Positions 1 to 11,200 of a DNA stretch of 64,000 nucleotides are shown in pieces. This stretch comes from Candidatus Omnitrophota bacterium (GTDB lineage: Bacteria; Omnitrophota; Gorgyraeia; 1-14-0-20-64-10). Where the stretch lies: positions 4,401 through 68,400 of the forward strand of contig JAHFFE010000007.1 of the NCBI GenBank assembly GCA_023248155.1, given 5' to 3'. Below the pieces are notes generated by a model. It ran no database searches. It was not told where the DNA came from and saw only the letters and a program-made list of their open reading frames with translations. Made by a program: the position numbers and the translations under genes. The first letter of the stretch is position 1. Each line of letters opens with the position of its first letter.

Positions 1-734
1 ACCGCGAAGTCGGCACGATCCGCTGCACCGAAGGAGTCGCTTCCATTTATGTGCCGGTTACCGCGTTGCTGCAGGACCGGTTCAAGGTGGCGGTCAAGCT
101 GGAGCATGATGTGACCACGGCCGCCTACGGCGAATGGGCGCTGGGCGCCGGCAATGATGTCGATATCATGCTGTTCATGTACTCGGGCGTCGGCTGCGGC
201 ATGATCATCAACGGCGAAATTTATCATGGCATCAGCGGAACGGCCGGCGAAGTTTCGCTGAAAGATCACCTCGACATCGGCGATGTCTGGATCGGCAATA
301 TCTCGGCGTTAAAACCGTGGCCGGCCCACTTGGGCATTCCGGATGACGCGCGCGAGGCGATTGAAAAGGGATCGACTTCCCGGATACTGGCATTAGCCGG
401 CGGAAAGATGGAAGCGATCACGATGCAGAGCGTTTTAGAAGCGCTTCGTTCCGGCGACAAGCTGGCGACCGAGGTAGTTCAGAAGGCCGGCGAACGGCTG
501 GGCGTGCGCATCGCGTTTTTGATTAACCTGCTCAACCCCGGCGCGATTGTAATTGGCGGCGGCGTTGAAGCGGCCGGTCCGGTTTTGATTGAAGCGGTCA
601 AGAAAATGATCCGAGCCTGTTCGTTTGAAGAGATGGCCAACGCCGTCAAAGTGGTTCCTGCCCGGCTGGGTGAAAACTCAGTGGCGCTGGGTGCCGCAAG
701 TCTTGTTATCCGGGATGTTTTTGCCGCTGTCTAG
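1..734 (+). CDS. ROK-family sugar kinase/regulator, C-terminal part (5' end lies outside the window)
   Basis: The ORF is open to the window edge in the 51..734 frame. It carries a ROK-like glycine-rich signature (SGVGCGMIINGEIYHGISGTAGE) and the typical C-terminal LNPGAIVIGGGV stretch. It sits directly upstream of a sugar phosphorylase. Confidence 0.5.
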   Translation, partial: REVGTIRCTEGVASIYVPVTALLQDRFKVAVKLEHDVTTAAYGEWALGAGNDVDIMLFMYSGVGCGMIINGEIYHGISGTAGEVSLKDHLDIGDVWIGNISALKPWPAHLGIPDDAREAIEKGSTSRILALAGGKMEAITMQSVLEALRSGDKLATEVVQKAGERLGVRIAFLINLLNPGAIVIGGGVEAAGPVLIEAVKKMIRACSFEEMANAVKVVPARLGENSVALGAASLVIRDVFAAV

Positions 735-796
735 TGCTATAATTATTTAGCGATACCATCCGCACGAAAGACCAAATCTAATTCAAGGAGTTTTCC

Positions 797-3217
797 ATGC
801 AATACGGACATTTCAGCAAGGACGGCAGCGAATATATTGTCACCAACCCGGCCACGCCGCGGCCCTGGTTCAACTACCTGTTCAATGATGTTTACCACTG
901 CCTGATTTCGCAGACCGGCGGCGGCTTTTCCTATTACCGCGATCCGAAATATTACCGTTTGCACCGCTACGATCATATCAGCTCCGATCGTCCCGGCCGC
1001 TATGTTTACCTGCGCGAACCGTCGACGGGCAAGACTTGGTCGCTCAACTGGCAGCCGATGCGCAACAAACTTCCGAAGTGGGAGTGCAAGCACGGCCTGG
1101 GTTACACCACCATTTCCGCCACCGCCAATGGCATTGAAGGAACCGTCACTTATTTCGTGCCGCAGGAAGCGCCCGCCGAAATCTGGATTGTTTCGCTGAA
1201 AAACGTTTCCAAATCGCAGAAAACCATTCAGGCGTTCCCGTTTGTTGAACTGGTCGCCGGCGATGTCGCTCTGGAAACGCATTACCGCAACATTCTCTGT
1301 CTGTACAACGAAGCGTCGTACGACAAATCACTGAAGGCGATCACGGCCTCGAAACTTCCGTTTAAAACCTGGCACAAGCCGGGCACCGCGTTCTTCTCGG
1401 CGTCGTTCAATCCGGACGCGTACGAGTGCAACCGCGAAGATTTCCTCGGCCCCTACAACGATCTCGACCGTCCCGACGCGCTGAAGCAAAAGAAACTGGG
1501 CAACCACAACTGCCGCGGCGAGGATATGGTCGCTGTTCTGCAGGGCACCTTTAAACTCAAGCCGGGCCAGACACAGCAGTTCGTCGTCGTCAACGGCATT
1601 ACCGAGCACAAGGCCGATGTTCCGGGCATCATCAAGCAGTTCCGCTCCGTCGACGCGGCCGTCAAGGAATTCGAGAAGGTCCGCGCGTTCTGGAAAGAGG
1701 CGCTCAAGCCGGTCTGGATCACGACGCCCGACGCGAAACTCGACCTGATGATCAACCAGTGGGGCAAGTACCAGTTATTCGCGATTACCCATTGGCGCGG
1801 CACCTCCCATTATCATGGCGCCGAAGGCGGGCAGGGCTACCGCGATACCGCGCAGGATGTCGAAGGTCTGCTCAGCATCGATCTGAAAACGGCCCGCACC
1901 AAGCTGGAACGGCTGTTATTCTACCAGTACAAGAGCGGGCATGCGGTCTCCGGTTTCTCCGAAGTTGAAGGCACCTGGGAAAATACCGGCGCGGCCGGTG
2001 TGGTCAAGAAGGCCGATGTGGCCGTCTGGCTGCCGTACAGCGTCGTGTCCTATGTGAAAGAAACCGGCGATACCGAATTTTTGAAGAAGGTCATTCCGTT
2101 CCACGACGGCGATGAAGCGACCGTCTACGAACATGTATTGCGCGCGGTCCGGCATATCTACAACACGCACGGCGAGCATCGCCTTCCGTTGATCGGCCAT
2201 GCCGACTGGAACGACGCCTATGATCATGTGGGCGTCAAGGGCAAGGGCGAAAGCATCTGGCTGGGTATGGCGCTGGTTCGGGCCTGCCGGCAGGTGCAGG
2301 ACCTGGCCCGGTTCCTCGGCGACAAGGCGATCGAGCAGGAGATGAACGCCAAAGCCGAAGAGATGACCGAGATCGTCAATAAAGAAGGATGGGAAGAGGA
2401 CTGGTACCTGGCCGCCTTTAACGACGAGGGACTCAAGATTGGTTCCAAGTACAACAAAGAAGGCAAAGTTCCTCTGAACTCCCAGACCTGGGCGATTTTG
2501 TCCGGCGTCGTTACGCCCGACCGTCTGCCGAAAATTCTGGACAAGATCGATCGCACGCTTGATACGCCGTATGGTCCGGCCTTGTTTCTGCCGACCTACA
2601 CCTCGTTCAATCCCGGCATTGGCCGCGTGACGGCATTTGCCGGCGGCACCAAAGAAAACGCGGCGGTCTTCTCGCACGCCTGCGCGTTCAAAGTGGTGGC
2701 CGATTGCACGATCAAGCGCGGAGACCGGGCGTACGATACCTTCTCCAAGCTGCTGCCGATTTCCAAGGCCAAGCAGAACCACGATAAATACAAAGTTGAG
2801 CCGTATGTCTGGGCCGAGTATATCGTCGGACCCGGATCGGCCGACCGGTTCGGTGAGGGCGCCTTTACCTGGAACACCGGCACCACGCCCTGGATGTACA
2901 ACGCCGCGACCGAGTGGATTTTGGGCGTCCGCCGCGAGTTCGACGGGTTGCTGGTTGATCCCTGTTTCCCGAAGAATTGGAAGGAAGCATCGATCCGCCG
3001 TCCGTTCCGCGGAGCAGTCTACGAGGTCCATATCAAAAATCCGGAAGGGGTTTGTTCCGGCGTGAAAAAGATCACCGTAGACGGGGTAGAGCAGTCCACG
3101 CCGTTCATCAAGCCGCATGGCGACGGGAAAGTTCATAAGGTTGAGGTGGTGATGGGCAAGAACGCGCTCAAAGTTGAGGATCGTTTCTCCGCTTTAGCCG
3201 CCGCTGCCAACCGCTAA
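797..3217 (+). CDS. GH94-family glycoside phosphorylase (cellobiose/cellodextrin/chitobiose phosphorylase-like)
   Basis: An 806-aa ORF preceded by an AAGGAG SD. The N-terminus MQYGHFSKDGSEYIVTNPATPRPWFNYL resembles cellobiose phosphorylase N-termini (MKFGxFDDxxREYVITxPxTPxPWINYLG). Length and overall layout fit GH94. Confidence 0.75.
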   Translation: MQYGHFSKDGSEYIVTNPATPRPWFNYLFNDVYHCLISQTGGGFSYYRDPKYYRLHRYDHISSDRPGRYVYLREPSTGKTWSLNWQPMRNKLPKWECKHGLGYTTISATANGIEGTVTYFVPQEAPAEIWIVSLKNVSKSQKTIQAFPFVELVAGDVALETHYRNILCLYNEASYDKSLKAITASKLPFKTWHKPGTAFFSASFNPDAYECNREDFLGPYNDLDRPDALKQKKLGNHNCRGEDMVAVLQGTFKLKPGQTQQFVVVNGITEHKADVPGIIKQFRSVDAAVKEFEKVRAFWKEALKPVWITTPDAKLDLMINQWGKYQLFAITHWRGTSHYHGAEGGQGYRDTAQDVEGLLSIDLKTARTKLERLLFYQYKSGHAVSGFSEVEGTWENTGAAGVVKKADVAVWLPYSVVSYVKETGDTEFLKKVIPFHDGDEATVYEHVLRAVRHIYNTHGEHRLPLIGHADWNDAYDHVGVKGKGESIWLGMALVRACRQVQDLARFLGDKAIEQEMNAKAEEMTEIVNKEGWEEDWYLAAFNDEGLKIGSKYNKEGKVPLNSQTWAILSGVVTPDRLPKILDKIDRTLDTPYGPALFLPTYTSFNPGIGRVTAFAGGTKENAAVFSHACAFKVVADCTIKRGDRAYDTFSKLLPISKAKQNHDKYKVEPYVWAEYIVGPGSADRFGEGAFTWNTGTTPWMYNAATEWILGVRREFDGLLVDPCFPKNWKEASIRRPFRGAVYEVHIKNPEGVCSGVKKITVDGVEQSTPFIKPHGDGKVHKVEVVMGKNALKVEDRFSALAAAANR

Positions 3218-3232
3218 TTCATTAACAGTGTC

Positions 3233-3290
3233 ATCCTGAGAGTGTATTTGCTCAGGATCTTAAGATGCTGAGCAAACGCTAACTCAGCAT
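3233..3290 (+). repeat. Two tandem near-identical hairpins in the GH94 3' UTR
   Basis: Hairpin 1 is ATCCTGAG-N10-CTCAGGAT (3233..3258). Hairpin 2 is ATGCTGAG-N10-CTCAGCAT (3265..3290). The stems differ by one compensatory base pair. Confidence 0.5.
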
Positions 3291-3303
3291 GACAGCCGTA
3301 TCC

Positions 3304-3340
3304 GGGGTGCTAGGAATTCCTAGCACCCCTTTTTCTTTTT
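3304..3340 (+). terminator. Rho-independent terminator downstream of the GH94 gene
   Basis: A perfect 26-nt palindrome GGGGTGCTAGGAATTCCTAGCACCCC is immediately followed by TTTTTCTTTTT. Confidence 0.8.
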
Positions 3341-3389
3341 ATAGAACTATTCGGTTCTTGTTAGTCGTGGAACAAATTTATAGGTAATC

Positions 3390-3418
3390 TTGACTTTTTA
3401 AAAGGATTCAGGTATATT
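3390..3418 (+). promoter_or_regulatory. Sigma70-like promoter for the giant-protein array
   Basis: TTGACT (3390..3395), an exact 17-nt spacer, then TATATT (3413..3418). This makes the TTG at 3419 an implausible start codon. Confidence 0.55.
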
Positions 3419-3445
3419 TTGTACAAAGGGGATACCTATAAGAGG

Positions 3446-5197
3446 ATGATTATCAAGATATCCAGGATAGGGTTCATTTTTATATTCCTTTCTTTTTCAG
3501 GGACAGCGATCCCGTCTATCTACGCGGTCCAGGAAGAAGGCCCCAAAACTTTCTGGGAAAGCCATGGTAAAGTAGAAGACGAAGAATCCGCGCCCGGTTT
3601 CAGCGGTGAATCGTCGATCGATACCGGATCCAAATTCCAAAAGCCCGACCAGCCAATCCCATTAACACTTGAAAATCTTCGCATTCCCACTCAGGACGGT
3701 TCCCTCAAAAAAACATATTCCGCGCGCGAGCCGTTGGTGATTCATATTCAGGACGCGCATGCCAACTATGAAGCGCAGAAACATCTGGCCAGTATTCTGG
3801 AATATCTGGTGGTCACGCACGGTCTTTCACTGATCCTCGTTGAGGGCGGCTCCCGCAACGATTCGCTTTCCTATATGCGCACCTACGCGCCGATTGAGAA
3901 ACGCAAAGAAGTCGCCGAAGAATTCTTGAAGAGCGGAAAAATCTCCGGTGAAAACTACCTGGACCTGACCACCGACTACAACTTTACCGTTTATGGCATC
4001 GAGAAACCGGAACTGTACGACGAGAACATGGAAGCGTTCTTCAGTGTTGAAAAAGTCCAGCCGCAGGCGCTCTCCGCGATGAAATCGTTCCGCGAGGCGG
4101 TGGAAAATCTCAAGCAGACGATCTATCCCGACGAAGTCAAAACGCTGGAACTGCGCGAGCTGGAAGTGAAGGAAGGGCGCATCCCGCTGGCCCAGCATTA
4201 CCAGTCTTTGGCCGATGAGGCCGGCAAGCGCAAAGTGGCGCTCGACGATAAAACTTATCCGAACCTGCTCAAATTCATCCGCGCCAGCGGCATGGAAAAA
4301 GAGCTGAACTTCAAAACGGTCGAAACCGAGCGGACCAAATTTCTGGAAGCGCTGACCAAATCACTGCCGAAGCCGGAAATGGACAAACTGCTTCAGCAGA
4401 GCTTGGATTTAAAGAAAGGGCTGGTGACGCCGGCCTCATTCTACGGCAACCTGCGCGGGTATATGAAGCCGGGGCAGAACGCCGAATATCCGATATTGGC
4501 CAACTACATTGAGTACCTGGCGCTGTTCGAGGCGATCGACCACGCGTCACTGTTTACCGAGGTCGAAAATTTGAGCGACCAGATTAAAGACAGCTATTTC
4601 AAGGAGAAGGGGCAGCGCATATTGGCCAAGGCGGCTAAAGATGTCGGTGTGCTGGAAGATTTACTCGAGCTGAAATTAACGCCCGACAGCTACGACTATT
4701 ACCGCACGCACCGCAAAGAGTTTAAACCCGATGAATGGGCCGATAACCTGCGCGCGCTGGGCAGCCAGCAAAATCCGCCGATGACGCTGCTGCTTTCGCC
4801 CGGCCCGCTGAACGCGGCGATGCCGGCGATGAGCAGTTTTTACGAGGTGGCGCGCCAGCGCGACCAGGCGATGATGGACAATGCGCTCAAGCAGATCAAG
4901 GAATTCAATGTTCCGTTCGCGGTGCTGATTGCCGGCGGGTTTCATACGCCGGCGTTTGAACGGCTCTTTAAAGAACAGAAAGCGTCATACGCGGTAGTTG
5001 CGCCCAAGGTCAGCAAAGTGACGCAGGAAGACACCGATAAATACCACCGCGTGCTCAAAGAAACGTATGTGCCGATGTCGGAGAAATACCGGCAGAAGCA
5101 GGGATTGCCGTCGTCGTCGCTCGGTGCGGCTTCCGTGCAGACTCGCAAGACAGCGACAGCTTCATTAACTGAAACAGGGGCCGCTTCCGAAGGGTAA
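3446..5197 (+). CDS. Exported protein 1 of the array (584 aa from ATG 3446); possible TraB/GumN-family fold
   Basis: The N-terminal hydrophobic segment IGFIFIFLSFSGTAIPSIYA|VQEEG is a compact version of the motif shared by the next four genes. HxxH (IQDAHANYEAQKH) and C-terminal FAVLIAGGFHTPAF weakly resemble TraB/GumN (FxxVGAGHLxG). The start is uncertain: 3446 is the first ATG after the promoter. Confidence 0.6.
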   Translation: MIIKISRIGFIFIFLSFSGTAIPSIYAVQEEGPKTFWESHGKVEDEESAPGFSGESSIDTGSKFQKPDQPIPLTLENLRIPTQDGSLKKTYSAREPLVIHIQDAHANYEAQKHLASILEYLVVTHGLSLILVEGGSRNDSLSYMRTYAPIEKRKEVAEEFLKSGKISGENYLDLTTDYNFTVYGIEKPELYDENMEAFFSVEKVQPQALSAMKSFREAVENLKQTIYPDEVKTLELRELEVKEGRIPLAQHYQSLADEAGKRKVALDDKTYPNLLKFIRASGMEKELNFKTVETERTKFLEALTKSLPKPEMDKLLQQSLDLKKGLVTPASFYGNLRGYMKPGQNAEYPILANYIEYLALFEAIDHASLFTEVENLSDQIKDSYFKEKGQRILAKAAKDVGVLEDLLELKLTPDSYDYYRTHRKEFKPDEWADNLRALGSQQNPPMTLLLSPGPLNAAMPAMSSFYEVARQRDQAMMDNALKQIKEFNVPFAVLIAGGFHTPAFERLFKEQKASYAVVAPKVSKVTQEDTDKYHRVLKETYVPMSEKYRQKQGLPSSSLGAASVQTRKTATASLTETGAASEG

Positions 5198-5226
5198 CGC
5201 TCAGCCAGGAGAGAGATAAAAATCCA

Positions 5227-8200
5227 ATGAGAATATTTCAGCGGGAAAGATATCGAACCATAATTGCCTTCATTACAATCCTTTCTATTTCCTTTACCCA
5301 AGCTTTGCCTGCCTGGGCTCTGCGCCCTGGGATTGAAGGCCGCTCCCAAGGTGGTCTTGAAGAAAGTCTCCGCGGCGGTACAGCACTTTCAGCTTCTTCT
5401 TCCACTGCTTTACAGGCTGTTTTTTCCGCGGTCGGTCAGATTGAAGATCAGGAGGGCCAACTTCCTGCCACCACGCGGGAGATTGTCATCTCTCTGCTCG
5501 ATCAATTAGAGCAAACCGATCCCACGATTGCCGCTAAGGTGGGCAACCGGGCAGCTGTTCTGTCCCAGATGGACGAACTATTATCCAAAGCTCCAAATGA
5601 AACCTGTCTGACCTGCGGAACGCACGCCGTTTCCAATGTCGCTTTTTCCAGCGCTGAGCGGGCAAAGCCGGAAGGATTACAGTCGGATCGTTTTAACGAT
5701 ACCGAGGTGTTAACTGCCATTTTGATTGTCCTCGATCTGATCAACAGCGGCCGGGTTTTATCGCTATCCGAATCGGATGGGCATCAGGTTCTGGCCAATT
5801 CCATGCTTTCGCTGCGTCAGGCGCTGAATATGCTTGAGGATCGGTTGCCCTCTCAAGACCGGAAGTTATGGACGGGGGCTGAGATTAAACAGGCGGATAT
5901 GGAGAGGCTGCTGAAGGACGGCTATCAGGTTGTCGCGCATCTCGATGGGGATCACTTCGTGCAGGTTACCCGCGTTGAAGGCGGGCGAGTCTGGTACAGC
6001 GAGCCTCGTACTGCGCAGTTTGACGCTGAAAGCCAGCTTTCGATTCGTGATTTTGGCAAACGCTGGGGAAGAGGCGTTGTCTTAACCAACGGGCGAATTC
6101 CTTCATCCAGAACCACATTGGCTGATTCCGCGTTATTAAATTTGCAGGGCTGCTGCGGCATCAACACTGTTTTTGGACAGAATGGCGGAGTTCGTTCCTT
6201 GCTGGACGCGCTGCTTCGTTTGAAATACCGGGCTCCAGACAATACCGGCATCGCCGTCATGACGGAAAATGGGATACAGGTGGTCCGGGTGGGCAAGGAT
6301 GTGCAGGGACATGGAGACGGGGCTCCGGATACGATGGTGGCATTACTTTACAATAATCCGATTTATCCGGAGGCGGTTCCGCTGGCGGTGGAGTGGGGCA
6401 AGAAAAATAGGGCGGGCCAACAGTTCCATACCGAATTAGAGAAAGCAGTAAAGGAAGGAATAGATGATTTTAGAGAGGCGTTAAAATTGTCCAATGCGCC
6501 GCGAAAAGAGACTCTCTTGAAATCGGCCGCCGGGCATTTTGCCCGAGCTGAACAGTATAAAGAACAGCTGACGGTGATGGCTGTTCAACAGGTGCGTGAT
6601 ACCGGGAAAAAACTGCTGGACGATGAGGGTTTGCCGGATCGGCGCGCTGAATTAAAGGGAGATGCATCTACGCTGCGGAACTTGTTTAGTACGGGCATAG
6701 ACGCTGTTACCGTTCATATCGGCCAGGTTGGTGGTATTTGGGCCGGTGATCAATTTTTAATTCGCCATGATAATTTGCGGCAGTTAGTTGAGAAGATCTC
6801 CGCCGCGTTTGGCCTTAACGAAGAGTTTGTCCGCCTCTTTTTGCGCGTGGAGTTATCCAATGTGACCACCGAGCGGTTTGGAGAGAATTCAGCTCAGGCG
6901 GGCGCGGTTTTGGAAGTATTTGACCGATTGTCTTATTCTGCTGTTTTAGGGACACTGACGAATGACCAGCAGGCGGAATGGGATCAGAAAGTGATGAAAT
7001 ATTTGCTGGGGCGCTGGCTCAAAGTTCCGTCTGATTTTAATGTCGACGCAGTACGGCATGTTTTTCGAGCGCAGGCTTCTTTGCTTGGAATGATAAGCCC
7101 TCGCGATGAAAACCCCAGTCTGCATCCTGAATTTCTAAGTGAACTGGCAAAAGAATTTGATCGGCGCATGCCTTCCAGGAAGGGCCAGTTTATGGCCTAC
7201 TGGAAACGTGAACGCGATCTGAATCAGCCGGGGCATGCGTTTGCCGCGCTAAATGAGGTTTTTCATAAATGGGCGTACCAATACAAGGTTGACCTGTGGG
7301 ATGCGAATTCAAAGAGCTATAAACAGGTTCAGTTGCTGGATCAACAGCAGTACAGGGTGCTTGCCGGAACAGGACAGGCTTCCGCCGCCACGGTTCGATT
7401 AATTGGAGAATTGGTGGTTGGCCATGGCCGCTGGGCCATGACCGGAGATCCCAGCCGCTGGAATGCCCATCCGCATGAGAGCAGGGACATGGTTCTGGTT
7501 CATAACGGTACGATTAACGGAATTACGAATGCCACGCTGAAAACCGAGCATAATACCAATGGATTGGCGGCTGCTTACCATGAGAATGGCAACCTGGAAG
7601 GTCCTGAAATTTTAACGGATACGCGGATTATCGTTACGCATTGGCAGTATTTGCAGGATAAAGCGGCCGCGGATCTCGAGTCAGGCCGCATGGGAGAGGA
7701 TTTGATCTATGCCGATGAATCGGACGAGGGAACGGCGCTTGGAACGCGGCTCGAAAAGAAAGGCGAAGGCGACGATGCTGTTACCGGATCAAAAACAACC
7801 GGCCGCGTGCGGGAATGGAACGCCATTGTTCGGAATTTAAGGTCGTCGGGCCGTCAGCATATTTCCGAGAATGAAGTTGCCGTTCGTTTGGCGATGACGG
7901 AAATGGCGGAGGGGTCCGAGATCGGCGTCAGCGCCAACAGTTTGCATGACCCCTTTGTTACTTACGTTGTCAGCCATGACCGGCCGGTGGATATTGTGAT
8001 TCATGAAGGCAAAGTATTGGTGACTTCCGACATGGCGGCCGGCATTGCGTTGTTTCCGGCAGCCGATGTTTCGAGAGCGGCTCAGGAATTATCTAGAATG
8101 CACCGCCGGCTCCAGAGCGAGCTGGAGGATCTCCGCCAGAGGCGGGATGAGAATGACCTTACCCCCGAAGAATATGTGGTCGAGGTCAAGCAGGCGTTTG

Positions 8201-11200
8201 CCGCTTACAAAAAATCAGCCAACCCCATCAAAGAAAAATTCAAGATCGATGTCTATCATTTGAAAGAGTTGAACAAATTCGCCGCTATTCGCAGGGTAGT
8301 CAACAGCGCGGGTGAAATTGAATTAAGCGTTGATATTTCGCATTTGGACGGAACACCGCTGACCGAAAAAGAATGGAATAAAGAGGCAAAATTTGAAAAA
8401 GCCAAAGTAGATCCGGATGTCGGTGTTAAGGGCGGGTACGCCACCTTTATTGAAAAACACGTGGATGAAATCCCGTCGATTTTGTTGGATGACGCCACCT
8501 CGTACATTGAAGTTGACGACGGTCGTCCCGCGCGCGTTCACCTTCCGGATATTAAGACCGATAAACTGACCGGCCGGTTCGGTCCCAAGCTTGAGCGTCT
8601 GCGCCGGGTTTTCTTGATTGGTGTCGGTTCTTCGTGGCGCGACGCCAAAATTGTCGAACAGATGTTTGGCGATTTGCTGCAGGGGGTGGAACTGGTGCAG
8701 ATTTCCGTTCAGGATCCGGTGGAAATTCAGAACCTTGGGATTAAACTGAACCCGGAAACTGATCTGGCGATCGGCATGAGCTGGTCCGGATCAACGGCAT
8801 CGATGGTCAAGCTGTTCAACCGTCTTTCGAGCGGAGAAGACCAGGGCCAGGATGTTCCGTTGATCGCCGTGACCGGTAAGACTTCATCGGATATGGCCAG
8901 CGTTGCCAAGAGAAGCGCGGGGTATGTGGATGTGCAGTCCGGGCCGGAATCATCGGTAGCAACCACGAAAGGATTTGAATCGGTCCTTTACTGCCTCTGT
9001 TTGCTGGGCGTGCAGTTAAGCCAGATGCAGGGCAATGACAGTTTAGTATCGGCCCGCACCCAGTATGTTCAGGAATTATGGGATTTGGTTGACCAACACA
9101 TGGATGCATTGGTGCGGGAACCCGGAAAATCTTCCGGACAAAAAGAACGGTCCACCGCTAAAGTTGAAAATCCCCAGGAACGTTCGAAAGTTCAAAAAGT
9201 GGCCGATGCCTGGCATAGCCGGCAGAAAGTGCTCGTCATTGGAAGCCGCGCCAATCCGGTTTATGTCGAAGGGGAACTTAAGGCGGAAGAAATTGCCTGG
9301 ACGGTCGGCAAGGCGGCGGATATCCGTGATGACAGCTGGCGGTCTTTGCTGGAAAACAGCGCCGATCCCCATGTGACCGAATCGGAGCGAGTCGCCACCA
9401 TTTTTAACATGACGGATCCGGGCACGTTGGATCAGTTTATAAAGGCCATTCGTGAAGTGACGGATCAGGGTATCCAGGTGGTGGTCCAGACATTTCAAAA
9501 AGACAATTCCCATTACGCTGAACTGCAGCGGATGGAACAAGAAGGAAGAATCGCCCTGTTTGAAGTTCCGCGGGTTCGCACGACGCTGCAGGCGTTGGTC
9601 GACGCGATTTTCTTTTTTCAATTTTCAATTGCGTTTGCCCGTTCGCACGGGTTAACAGATCCGCAGATCGATAACCCGAGAAACCTCGCGAAATCAGTCA
9701 CTGTCAGCGGCGCTCGCTCATTGGAAGAGCTGGTCCGGAACTCGGCGACCCGCGTGGTGAAGGTGGACGATATTACTGGGCGGCTGGATGCTTTGCAGCG
9801 CATCTACTCTGTCTATCGGAGCGGTTTAGCCGCGCGATGGGCGGAGCTGCGCTCCGCTCGTCAGCAGGCCGGCGCCCGCCTGTCCGTATTGTTGAATGGG
9901 CTTGTCCGGGAATGGTTTGGAAAACTGGCCAAGCCGAATGAACCGCAATCTCTCTGGCCGGAGGCATCTCAGCGTGATCGCGCTGAACGGTTGCTTGCCC
10001 GGTTTAAACAAGCGGCCAATGCCGATAATCCGACGGCTAAGGTATTGATTGTAACCGACGAAGAAGCCACCCAATACGCCGGCGAAGCGGCTGCCGGCGT
10101 CTATGGTTCCCGCGAGGTGGTTGTTTCAGGCGAACATAAAGATCTCTATGATGCCGATAAAGGCATTAAAATTCGCGCCGGAAAATGGTATTACCGTGCT
10201 TCGTATGACGTTGTTGCCGAGAATTACACGCTGAAGTTTGACGCGAAGCTGAATCCTTACGCGAATCCAGGCGAGCAGCCGGCGGATGCCGGTCCCATCG
10301 TGATTGTCAAAGGACAACAGCAGGTTTCTCTCAACGGAAAACAGTACCGCGTGGATCAGGGCTCGTTTCTCAAGGATCCCAAGGAAAAAGACAAGCTGGT
10401 TTCCGGGCTTCAGATGCGGGCTGAACAGCCTGACCTATTGCTGGCCGGCGTCGAAAATATCCGGGTTGTTCGGGCAACGGATCCCAATGTGGATCAGATG
10501 GTTGATCAGGATACGGTGGTGGTGCTGGTTTCGCGCGCGCGAAACAGGGGATCGGACAATAATAAGGACACGCTCCTTACAAAGCCCGATACCAGGAAAC
10601 AACTTCCTATTCCTTCGAATGCCCAATCCGAACAGACTATGCGCGCGTTGGCGGATCGTTTGGCAAAAAAAGCGATCCCTCTGGTGACGATTGCCGATCG
10701 TGATTCTCTCTTGGAGGATCCTTCATTGGACGAAGTTCGGGTCACGCACTTTTCGCTGGGGAGTGATTTTACTTCATCAAGCGTTTATCCGTCGACTTAT
10801 GTGGCATTGCTGGCGGCGGGTGTCCGGATGGGAGATATCTTGGGGCGTGATGTCCAGCCGGTGGCCCGCTCTCTGTTCGCGGTGCCTGGCATGGTGTCGA
10901 ATGTTCTGGGTTCAGAGCAGCTTCAGAAGCATCTGGAACAGGTTTTGTATCGAGTTCGCGGGTATAAAAAGGTGCATATTATCGGCGGCGGCCAATCGTA
11001 CGCCGATGCTAAGGAATTAGCCCGGGTTCTTTCAACGCTGGGTATTTTTGCTGAAGCCCAGTTGAATGACTCTGCCTGGCATGGGCCGTTGGCCGCGGCG
11101 GATCCTAACCGCAGAAAATACGGAGAACCGGGATCGGATGCCTACAAATATAAATATGGCGTCAATGACGGTTACGATACCGATGGCGATACATTGGTTG

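Noticed and set aside
1916-3136. A 406-aa minus-strand ORF antisense to the GH94 gene
   Set aside because: It lies entirely within a well-supported plus-strand gene. No motif was recognised. Long antisense ORFs are expected at this GC content.
3419-3445. The TTG start at 3419 given by the ORF track for the first array gene
   Set aside because: It directly abuts the -10 hexamer of the promoter and would lie upstream of the transcription start. ATG 3446 was preferred.
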